DNA from: an uncultured archaeon | GTDB lineage: Archaea > Nanobdellota > Nanobdellia > Pacearchaeales > GW2011-AR1 | Direction of reading: 5' to 3' | Assembly (NCBI GenBank): GCA_963845205.1 | Contig: CAWJRC010000004.1 | Location: 185,724-249,723, forward strand | DNA: 64,000 nucleotides | In this document: one piece after another, positions 48,577 through 55,875 of the stretch | Layout: each line of letters opens with the position of its first letter | Numbering within the stretch: position 1 is the first letter of the stretch | Notes under the pieces: model-generated | What the model was told of the DNA's origin: nothing | What the model saw: the letters and a program-made list of their open reading frames with translations, nothing else | Databases searched by the model: none | Made by a program: the position numbers and the translations under genes

Positions 48577-49711
48577 TCACAAGATTTAGTTGGGCAGTCT
48601 TTCCTTTACTTCTTAAATTATCTTTAAACTTTGCTTTCATCGACGAGAAAACTGTTTCTGCGTTGCTTCTTTTATGATAATGTTCCAAAAATTCGTCATG
48701 CTTGTAAATGAAATAAGCATACATCTTTTTCCATGTCCCTGAACCTCTATCTCTTCTTCCTGAAACATTTCTCTTAAACGGAATGTATGGGACAGCACCA
48801 ACATCCTTAATCAGCTCTAAGTTCTTACGAGAACTATAAGCTTTGTCACAACTTATCTCACCCACCTTGAAGTTCTTAGCTGTCTGTTCGACTAAGTGAG
48901 ATAATTGTGGACTATCATTACAATCACCTTCTGTTATTTCACAACCAGTTACAATATTTGTTTTTACTCCAGAGATTAAATGTGCTTTTAACCAAACTTT
49001 ATACTTTCTTTCTTTCCCCCATTTTGTATCAAACCAACGGGCAAATCTTGAAGTAGAGAATCCAGAAGAATCAACAGCGAAATCAGTTTCAATTTCTCTT
49101 AATGGACTTGCACTAATCTCTATTAATTCTTTTAGAATATTTGTTACTTCTTCCTTATTCATAAAATTGCTAATTGTCATAAAGTTTGGAACAACATCAA
49201 CTATATTCATTGCCTGAGCAATTTTCATGTCAGACATAAATCTTCTTAGAGAAAAAGTTGAGTACACTTTCAACGCAGAGGCAAATAGCATTTCTGAAAT
49301 TGGAAGAGTTGGTCTTCCAAATTTATATTTCGGTTGTTCAATATTATCGCATAAATCTCTTAATAATTTCATAAAAATTAATTTTTCGTTTGTCTGTGCT
49401 TTATCATAAGCTTTCCAATCTTGTGAGTAAGTTATCTTTACTCCTTTCGTTTGAGTTATTTTCCCTTCTTCGTCAATTTCTCTTTTTATATAAAATTCAA
49501 CTGCATGAATATGTTTGCATTTCTTTTTTCTTAATTCGCAATCGGGGCAGTTACATTTAGGTTCATGTCCATTGAATGTAACAAGATAAGATTTTCCAGA
49601 ACTGGAAGTAGAAGGAACTCTCCATCCCCTCGAAGTTTTTACTATTTGGAATCTTTTGACTATATCTTCTCCGCGTTCTTCTCTGCTCATTTGTTTGTAT
49701 GATTTTTCCAT
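48539..49711 (-). CDS. DDE transposase with N-terminal SWIM zinc finger (IS4/IS5-like)
   Basis: SWIM CNCPDCELRKKKCKH. DDE candidates are DSSGF, SCDKAYSS and YHKRSNAETVFS. The last about 15 aa do not look like the usual C-terminus. Confidence 0.8.
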   Translation of the reverse strand: MEKSYKQMSREERGEDIVKRFQIVKTSRGWRVPSTSSSGKSYLVTFNGHEPKCNCPDCELRKKKCKHIHAVEFYIKREIDEEGKITQTKGVKITYSQDWKAYDKAQTNEKLIFMKLLRDLCDNIEQPKYKFGRPTLPISEMLFASALKVYSTFSLRRFMSDMKIAQAMNIVDVVPNFMTISNFMNKEEVTNILKELIEISASPLREIETDFAVDSSGFSTSRFARWFDTKWGKERKYKVWLKAHLISGVKTNIVTGCEITEGDCNDSPQLSHLVEQTAKNFKVGEISCDKAYSSRKNLELIKDVGAVPYIPFKRNVSGRRDRGSGTWKKMYAYFIYKHDEFLEHYHKRSNAETVFSSMKAKFKDNLRSKGKTAQLNLVSGAREDNYGKMS

Positions 49712-49720
49712 TGTTATAAT

Positions 49721-49760
49721 TCGGTACCATACATAGTTTATATACTTTTCGGTACCATAA
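49721..49760 (-). promoter_or_regulatory. transposase promoter module: TCGGTACCATA site - TATA - TCGGTACCATA site
   Basis: Sites at 49721-49732 and 49749-49760 flank the minus-strand TATATAAAC (49736-49744). The ATG is at 49711. Confidence 0.55.
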
Positions 49761-49830
49761 TGATTAAATTAATTTTAGAGATATTTGTTAAATTTAAGAA
49801 AGAAATACTTTTCCGAGCATTGAAGAATGA

Positions 49831-49992
49831 TTACTCTTTTTCTATTGTTATTTTGCCTTTCTCTGCTTTTGCTTTAAGATGTTTATCTAACAGACCAGAT
49901 TCTTTAACAATAGCTTCTGGAACAGAACTAATATTGTACTTGTAATATTGTTTATCCCCTACTTTTTTTGATTGAACTTTTAAGAGCTTCAT
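49831..49992 (-). CDS. AbrB/SpoVT-like 53-aa DNA-binding protein (not in ORF track)
   Basis: My translation is MKLLKVQSKKVGDKQYYKYNISSVPEAIVKESGLLDKHLKAKAEKGKITIEKE. It fits the swapped-hairpin pattern (vqk.g.s..v.iP..iv...gl..g..l....e.g.i.i.k). Confidence 0.5.
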   Translation of the reverse strand: MKLLKVQSKKVGDKQYYKYNISSVPEAIVKESGLLDKHLKAKAEKGKITIEKE

Positions 49993-49997
49993 TGGAA

Positions 49998-50038
49998 TAG
50001 GTACCATAATAAACTATTTAAATATGTCGGTACCATAA
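49998..50038 (-). promoter_or_regulatory. AbrB-like gene promoter module: (T/A)GGTACCATAA site - TATA - TCGGTACCATAA site
   Basis: Sites at 49998-50009 and 50027-50038 flank the minus-strand ATTTAAATA. The ATG is at 49992. The architecture matches 49721-49760. Confidence 0.55.
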
Positions 50039-50084
50039 ATAAAATTATAATAATTAATATAAACCAAAGAGAGATATATTAATT

Positions 50085-50594
50085 ATGTCAGAATACTTTC
50101 ATGTAGATTTAAGTCTGAGATTATATGAACAAGGAACTACTGGGATAGCTTGCATTAATTCAAAAACAAAAATACATAACGGCTGTGCTCTCCCAGATAG
50201 ATTAAAAAGACAAATAGAAAAAAATTTTGTTGGGGGTTTAAGAGAAAATTATGCTAAATTATATGCAATTTGTATATATTATTTGATTATAAATAAATTA
50301 GAAGAAATTAATACCCTTGTAATTTGTAATGATGAAGAATTTTTATATGTAAAAGAATATCTTTATTTTTTATTAAATGATTCTCCATTTAGAATACATA
50401 TAATTAGCATAACAGAGTTTAGAAAACAATTAGGGGGTCGAAAAATAAAATCATTGGCAGATAACGCTTCAAAATCTTATAGAAAAAGGGCACTTAAAAT
50501 GAATAAATGGGATATTGGAGTTAAATTAGATGTATTAACTATTACCTATGATATGATTAAAAATAAATTTGATTTATTAAGTAAATTAAAATAA
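50085..50594 (+). CDS. hypothetical protein (transposon passenger)
   Basis: 169-aa ORF divergent from the AbrB-like gene. No recognised motif. Confidence 0.5.
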   Translation: MSEYFHVDLSLRLYEQGTTGIACINSKTKIHNGCALPDRLKRQIEKNFVGGLRENYAKLYAICIYYLIINKLEEINTLVICNDEEFLYVKEYLYFLLNDSPFRIHIISITEFRKQLGGRKIKSLADNASKSYRKRALKMNKWDIGVKLDVLTITYDMIKNKFDLLSKLK

Positions 50595-50770
50595 CCCTTA
50601 ATGGGTGTAAGTGATTAGTGGTCTTCCCAACCAATCATCAGCATAAAAGCTTTTGGAAGATTTTTAAATCTTTTTACGGAACCAGTTCACTTACATATTA
50701 TAAGATGCGATACATATTATAAATTTTTGGCTAAGCAAAAGTTTATAAATAACTAATCCATAACTAAGCC

Positions 50771-51049
50771 ATGGATAGTAATGAATTTATAAGTCAATTA
50801 TTAGAGAAATTAAAAACAAGACCTAAAGAAGTAGCTAAAGAGATAGAGAATAATCCTCAAATATTAGAATTTTTAATTAATAGCTCAAAACAAGCCGAAC
50901 TTGAAAAAAATGAAAAAATTAGATATATAAATATGAATCAAGAAATGCAGATACAATTAGAACAAAAATCAAAAGACCTTAAAGTTACTCAAGGGGTTTT
51001 AATCGGAGCAGGGATATTATTTATCTTATCTTTATTAGATAATAAATAA
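50771..51049 (+). CDS. tail-anchored hypothetical protein (transposon passenger)
   Basis: 92 aa, helical, with a C-terminal TM segment. A TTTATAAA box lies about 30 nt upstream. Confidence 0.45.
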   Translation: MDSNEFISQLLEKLKTRPKEVAKEIENNPQILEFLINSSKQAELEKNEKIRYINMNQEMQIQLEQKSKDLKVTQGVLIGAGILFILSLLDNK

Positions 51050-51076
51050 TCATTCAACTTATTTTACAAGAGGCAC

Positions 51077-51091
51077 TTAATTTACAAAGCC
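51077..51091. repeat. right terminal inverted repeat TTAATTTACAAAGCC
   Basis: Exact reverse complement of 47851-47865. Confidence 0.85.
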
Positions 51092-51100
51092 ATCTAAACC
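51092..51100. repeat. right target-site duplication ATCTAAACC
   Basis: Identical to 47842-47850. Confidence 0.8.
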
Positions 51101-51182
51101 AAATAATTTATAAATCACCTTTTTCTCAAGATTTTATTAACGGCGTGAGCTGTTCTAATGCCGCAAGGCATGATATGATAAC

Positions 51183-51617
51183 ATGGAAAAGAAAAATTCA
51201 GTTTATGAAATGAACCCGAATGAATATAATTTAAAATTAGCAAACGCTCTAAAAGAAGTTCCTGAATTCAAGGAACCAGAATGGATTATATTTGTAAAAT
51301 CATCTCCAAGCAAACAAAGGCCTATTGAGGATGAAGATTTCTGGTACAAAAGAGCTGCCAGCATATTAAGACAGATTTACAAAAAAGAAGTCGTTGGAGT
51401 AAATAGGCTAAGGACAAAATACGGAAGTAAGAAAAATAGGGGAATGAAACCTGAAAGATTCGTCAGAGCAGGCGGAAAAATTATAAGAACAATTCTTCAG
51501 CAGGCAGACAAAGCAGGATTTACAGAGAACATCAGAGTCATAAAGGGAACAAAAGAAAAAAAGCCAGGAAGAAAAATGACACCGAAAGGAAAAGCATTTT
51601 TGGAGGGAATCAAATAA
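51183..51617 (+). CDS. rps19e: ribosomal protein eS19
   Basis: PEWIIFVKSSPSKQRPIEDEDFWYKRAASILRQIY signature. Confidence 0.9.
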   Translation: MEKKNSVYEMNPNEYNLKLANALKEVPEFKEPEWIIFVKSSPSKQRPIEDEDFWYKRAASILRQIYKKEVVGVNRLRTKYGSKKNRGMKPERFVRAGGKIIRTILQQADKAGFTENIRVIKGTKEKKPGRKMTPKGKAFLEGIK

Positions 51618-51618
51618 A

Positions 51619-51948
51619 ATGGCTAAAGAAAAAACTGAAACAAAGGTTAAAGAAAAGAGAAAAATTTTCCAGAAGAAAGAAAAAAAACAGGAAGTTAAAA
51701 TTCAACCTAAGGTAATTGAGATAAAAAAAGTCAAAGTTCCGAAAAAACAGCTTGCTATGAGAGAGAAAAAATCAAAGCTTGCCGTAAAGGGAAGGCAGAC
51801 AAAATGGGCCCCTGTCTGGGTCGTTATGAAAAAATACGGGAAAGGAAAAAGAATTCATCCTTCTGCAACGACAAAGTACAGACGTTCATGGAGAAGAACT
51901 AAACTTCACATTAAACCGAGAAAAATAAGGAAGTGGCATCTAGGTTAA
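51619..51948 (+). CDS. rpl39e: ribosomal protein eL39 with about 46-aa K/E-rich N-terminal extension (or an internal start at Met47)
   Basis: Core KSKLAVKGRQTKWAPVWVVMK...YRRSWRRTKLHI. The ATG lies 2 nt after the rps19e stop. Confidence 0.8.
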   Translation: MAKEKTETKVKEKRKIFQKKEKKQEVKIQPKVIEIKKVKVPKKQLAMREKKSKLAVKGRQTKWAPVWVVMKKYGKGKRIHPSATTKYRRSWRRTKLHIKPRKIRKWHLG

Positions 51949-51949
51949 C

Positions 51950-52531
51950 ATGGCTGAAACAAAAACTGAAAAAATTGAAAGAGAATATATTATTCCATTA
52001 AGACACAGATGGCAGATTGTTCCAAGATACAAAAGAACAAACAAGGCCGTAAAAACAGTGAAGGAATTTTTAGTAAGGCATATGAAAATCAGAGACAGAG
52101 ATTTGAATAAAATAAGACTTGACATACATTTAAACGAAATTCTGTGGAGCAGAGGAATAAAAAATCCCCCTTCAAAGATTAAAGTCAAGGCAATAAAAGA
52201 AGGAGATATTGTTAGGGTAGAAGCTGTAGACTTGCCTGAAAGAATAAAATTCAAGAAATTAAGAGCAGAGAAAGTTGAAAATGCTGCAAAGGAAATTGCA
52301 ACAAAAAAGAAAGCAGAGAAAGTAGTTGAAGAAAAAGTAGAAGAGAATAAGACAGAAAGCGAAGAAAGCAAGAAAAAAACAGAAGAAGAGAAAAAAGAAT
52401 CAACTATCCAAGCAGAAGAAAAAATTGAGAAAGCAGAAGCAAGGGCCGAGAAACACACTACAAAAGTCAAAACACCAAAGCAAGAGAAAATGCAGACTAA
52501 GGCATACGATTCAAGTTCAAGAGGACATTAA
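51950..52531 (+). CDS. rpl31e: ribosomal protein eL31 with about 90-aa K/E-rich C-terminal extension
   Basis: Core EREYIIPLRHRW...VRLDIHLNEILWSRGIKNPPSKIKVKA, followed by a low-complexity EKKAE tail. Confidence 0.85.
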   Translation: MAETKTEKIEREYIIPLRHRWQIVPRYKRTNKAVKTVKEFLVRHMKIRDRDLNKIRLDIHLNEILWSRGIKNPPSKIKVKAIKEGDIVRVEAVDLPERIKFKKLRAEKVENAAKEIATKKKAEKVVEEKVEENKTESEESKKKTEEEKKESTIQAEEKIEKAEARAEKHTTKVKTPKQEKMQTKAYDSSSRGH

Positions 52532-52884
52532 TGGGATCTAAAAACCTTAGAGAAGATGATGATTTCTATTTTATTTCTAGGCAGGGAAAAGAACCATTCA
52601 TTTATTTTGAAATTGGATACACTACATTTTCGAAAATGAAATCGAGCAGTACAAAAGATATTGTAGACCAATTTTCTGAAAGCGTTCTTAGCAAGAACAA
52701 AGCAGGAGTCAGAAAACATATTGAAAACAGGTGCGAAGAGGAATGGCCAAAATATAATTTTGAATGGAAACAAGATGCTTATCAGTCAAACGAGATTGAT
52801 AGAAAAAATATTTATGTATTAATTAACGAAATTCCCATAAAAAAAAGCTCGATAGATATAATTATTATAAGAAAGGAGAAATAA
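52531..52884 (+). CDS. hypothetical protein
   Basis: 117-aa ORF starting at the rpl31e stop. It sits where eIF6 usually follows eL31 in archaea. Confidence 0.4.
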   Translation: MGSKNLREDDDFYFISRQGKEPFIYFEIGYTTFSKMKSSSTKDIVDQFSESVLSKNKAGVRKHIENRCEEEWPKYNFEWKQDAYQSNEIDRKNIYVLINEIPIKKSSIDIIIIRKEK

Positions 52885-52914
52885 ATTTTTATATTCCTTT
52901 TAATTTTCTAATTA

Positions 52915-53928
52915 ATGGCTAAAACAAAATTTGATTCTTATTGCATTAACGGGATTACAAACGGATGCGAGTATTGCGTTAAAGGAGAAAAACTTGTTCT
53001 GTTTATTTCGGGGGTCTGCAAAAGAAACTGCTGGTATTGTTCTTTGAGCGAAAAAAGAAAAAATAAAAACCTAATTTTTGCAAATGAGAGAGAATGCAGA
53101 GACATCAATGATGTTATAAAAGAAGTCAAAGACAGCAGAGCAACTTCAGCGGGAATTACAGGGGGAGATCCTTTGCTTTTTTTTGACAGAACATTAAAGC
53201 TTGCCTCGCAATTAAAAAAGAAATTCGGAAAAAAATTCCATATCCATATTTATCTTCCTACAAAATTTGTTACAGAAGAGAAATTAGAAAAGCTATCAAG
53301 ATACATAGACGAAGTAAGATTTCATCCTGAATTTTTAATAAACAAAAAAACAGTAAAGGAGGATTTAGAAAAAATAAGACTTGCAGGATTATTTTGGAAT
53401 AAGCCGAATATCGGAATTGAATTACCCATGATTCCGGATAATAAAAAAGAGATCCTTGATTTTATTCTTAAAGCGAAAAACTTTATCAGTTTTGTAAATT
53501 TAAATGAATTTGAATTATCTGAAACAAATTTTGACCGCATTACAAAAAGATACAAATTAAAAGAAGGGGGGTATGTTGTCTCAAAAAGTCTTGAGGCAGG
53601 AAAATGGGTTCTGGATGAATTGTCTAAAAGAAAAATAGATTTGAAAGTTCATTTATGCACTGCGCAACTGAAAAATTGCTGGCAATTTGAAAACAGATTA
53701 AAGAGACATAAAATTCTTCCTTATGGAAAAAGAACAAAGGAAGGAACTGTTCTTTATCTTTTTGTAAGGGGGAAATTAAAGATGAAAGGAACGTTTTATG
53801 ATATAAAAAAAGACAGAACAATTTTATCCGAAGAAACCGCAAGAAAACTTTTAGGTGGAGGGAAAATAATCAGGATAGAAGAATTTCCTACGTACGACAG
53901 AATTGAAGTGGAGGAAGAGGAATTATGA
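52915..53928 (+). CDS. radical SAM protein (COG2108-like)
   Basis: Canonical CKRNCWYC (CX3CX2C) preceded by an N-terminal GCEYC cluster, plus a GGDPL motif. Confidence 0.8.
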   Translation: MAKTKFDSYCINGITNGCEYCVKGEKLVLFISGVCKRNCWYCSLSEKRKNKNLIFANERECRDINDVIKEVKDSRATSAGITGGDPLLFFDRTLKLASQLKKKFGKKFHIHIYLPTKFVTEEKLEKLSRYIDEVRFHPEFLINKKTVKEDLEKIRLAGLFWNKPNIGIELPMIPDNKKEILDFILKAKNFISFVNLNEFELSETNFDRITKRYKLKEGGYVVSKSLEAGKWVLDELSKRKIDLKVHLCTAQLKNCWQFENRLKRHKILPYGKRTKEGTVLYLFVRGKLKMKGTFYDIKKDRTILSEETARKLLGGGKIIRIEEFPTYDRIEVEEEEL

Positions 53929-54653
53929 AAGAGATTGAACAAATAAGAGAGAAACTTAAAACAAAGGCAAAACCTGAAAAAATCCCTTTTTTAAAAAGAA
54001 TTTTAGCGACGCCATTTGAAGTTATCGGAGTAATGGTTCCTGATTCTAGAGAAATTGCAAAAGATTACAAAGATCTCGAAATTTATGATTTGTATGACTT
54101 ATTTGATGAACTTTGGAATTCAAACATTCATGAAGAAAAGAGTTTAGCAATACATATTTTACAGCAGTATAAGAAAAGATTTAATCTGGAAACTTGGAAA
54201 TTTTTGAGGCAGAGATTAGTAAAGGCAAAAACATGGGACCATATTGACTGGCTTGCAACAGACATTTTCGGAGAAATTCTGCTTAACAATTTATTCTTGA
54301 TGACCGAGGTTAAAGAGATGGCAGAGTCGAGAAATTTTTGGGAAAGAAGATTTGCAATTGAATCAACTTACAAGATGATTAAGGAAAATAAAATTGAGCT
54401 TACTCTCCGTTTAGCCGAAAAATTAGTTTATGATAATAATACTTATGTCCAAAAAGGAGCAGGATGGATGCTTAGAGAAGCAGGGAAAAAGAACCGGGCT
54501 GCAGTTAAGGATTTTATTTTAATGCACCTTGATATGAAACCGACTGCATTCTCCTATGCGACGGAAAAAATGAAAGAGCTAAGAAAAATTAGGAAAGAAA
54601 AGTCAAAGGAAAAACCTACTCTCTTATTTTCAGATCAACATCAGAACGAGTAA
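53925..54653 (+). CDS. DNA alkylation repair (AlkD-like HEAT repeat) protein
   Basis: WERRFAIEST...YVQKGAGWMLREAGKKN signature. ATGA-coupled to the radical SAM gene. Confidence 0.7.
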   Translation: MKEIEQIREKLKTKAKPEKIPFLKRILATPFEVIGVMVPDSREIAKDYKDLEIYDLYDLFDELWNSNIHEEKSLAIHILQQYKKRFNLETWKFLRQRLVKAKTWDHIDWLATDIFGEILLNNLFLMTEVKEMAESRNFWERRFAIESTYKMIKENKIELTLRLAEKLVYDNNTYVQKGAGWMLREAGKKNRAAVKDFILMHLDMKPTAFSYATEKMKELRKIRKEKSKEKPTLLFSDQHQNE

Positions 54654-55815
54654 TTTCCTTGTATCCGTGCTTTTGATTTTTTTTTAAATAAGAGTCCAAT
54701 ATTTCACATCCATTTTTATAATTATTTTCCCATTCTTTTTGTTTTTCTGCTATAAACTCTTCTGAATTTCTTCCCAGTTCTTTTGCTTTTTCATCAAGTC
54801 TTTTTTTTGTCGGACCGTAAATTTTCAATGGGCCAATATGAATTCTTGAAGAAAAATTTTCAATCTCATTATCCATCTTTTTTAAATAATTTTCTAGACT
54901 ACTTGGATTTGGATTGTACATCTGAGGATAAATATCAAATCCTGCTTTGACAAATTTCTTTATAGAATATAACTGCTGTCTCAGCGTTGCAGTAGACTGG
55001 ACATTCTCCTGAAGATTTTCCTTATCTATCCCCTTTAATGCAGTCAAAACTTTTATCGGGTATTCTGCAAGTTTTTCTAAAATATCTTTTTCAAACACTC
55101 CTTCTTTTTCAAAATAGTCTACTACCTGCCCTGTTGATAAATTGCTGTCCAATTGCCCAACAAAATTTTCTCCACTCTCTCCTATTTTTCTCCAGAGATT
55201 TAGAATCCAGTCAAGAGCTATTGTAGGCTCTCCTCCAGAAGTCCTTACAACTTTTATATCCAAATCAGTTCCAATTTTTTTGTATTGCTCCTTAATTTTT
55301 TCTCTTGCACTGATTACGCTATCAATTACGTCCCCTGTTTTCAAAAAAGTTTTTCCGTTTGTTATTATTCCGTCATTGCTCTCATTATCTACAAAACAAT
55401 ACACGCATCCCCCAGAAGAACTACCGTCGTGGAAATTACATCCCGCAACTTGAAGTATAAAGGGGGGATTATAATCCAAAACTTTTTTCATTTTGAATCC
55501 TTTATTATGCTTAAACCATAAAGGGAAGTCAAATGATTGATTTCTGATAAAATCTTCAATTTCTTTATCAGAATGTTTCTTTATATCGAAAAAATCCTTG
55601 CCATAGACATCAGATGCTATCGGGTCTATTGCTTTTACATTAACTTTTGTCCTGAAGATATATTCTCCTGTTTTTATATTGGGCATTAAATCAATAACTT
55701 TAGAAGTATCTTTTCCCTGAAGAGTATTAGAAAAATCAACGACTAAAACTTTATCTTTATCTATTAAAGTTTTTCTCAACTCTTTTGCCCTCTTAATTGG
55801 ATCAGTACACCCCAT
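54616..55815 (-). CDS. radical-SAM-like protein with extended CX10CX2C motif
   Basis: VAGCNFHDGSSSGGCVYCFV followed by a SAM-binding-like TSGGEPT. Confidence 0.5.
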   Translation of the reverse strand: MGCTDPIKRAKELRKTLIDKDKVLVVDFSNTLQGKDTSKVIDLMPNIKTGEYIFRTKVNVKAIDPIASDVYGKDFFDIKKHSDKEIEDFIRNQSFDFPLWFKHNKGFKMKKVLDYNPPFILQVAGCNFHDGSSSGGCVYCFVDNESNDGIITNGKTFLKTGDVIDSVISAREKIKEQYKKIGTDLDIKVVRTSGGEPTIALDWILNLWRKIGESGENFVGQLDSNLSTGQVVDYFEKEGVFEKDILEKLAEYPIKVLTALKGIDKENLQENVQSTATLRQQLYSIKKFVKAGFDIYPQMYNPNPSSLENYLKKMDNEIENFSSRIHIGPLKIYGPTKKRLDEKAKELGRNSEEFIAEKQKEWENNYKNGCEILDSYLKKNQKHGYKEITRSDVDLKIRE

Positions 55816-55875
55816 AACTTGTGGATATTGTTTTTATTTAAAAGAATTTATATAACCAAAAAAAGATATTGAAAT

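Larger units (their letters stand above)
47851..51091. mobile_element. 3.24-kb passenger-carrying transposon (SWIM+DDE transposase plus four other genes)
   Basis: 15-bp perfect IRs, a 9-bp TSD and an internal transposase gene. Removing the element rejoins the sequence upstream of the rps19e TATA box. Confidence 0.75.

Noticed and set aside
49760-49945. 61-aa plus-strand ORF in the transposon
   Set aside because: The product is hydrophobic and featureless, with no promoter. The opposite strand encodes an AbrB-like protein with a TATA box at the right distance.
50615-50640. tRNA-like fragment or att site (GATTAGTGGTCTTCCCAACCAATC)
   Set aside because: It forms only an imperfect hairpin and cannot build acceptor or T arms. 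The element boundaries are better explained by the IR/TSD found at 47842-47865 and 51077-51100.
51125-51175. C/D-box or K-turn sRNA in the rps19e leader (GTGA...TGATATGA)
   Set aside because: No proper C (RUGAUGA) plus D (CUGA) box pair with the right spacing is present. I kept it only as a structured-leader observation.
51940-52470. 176-aa minus-strand ORF
   Set aside because: It is antisense to eL31 and its K/E-rich tail. Its S/F/L-rich low-complexity product has no start context, and the plus strand carries a clear eL31 core.
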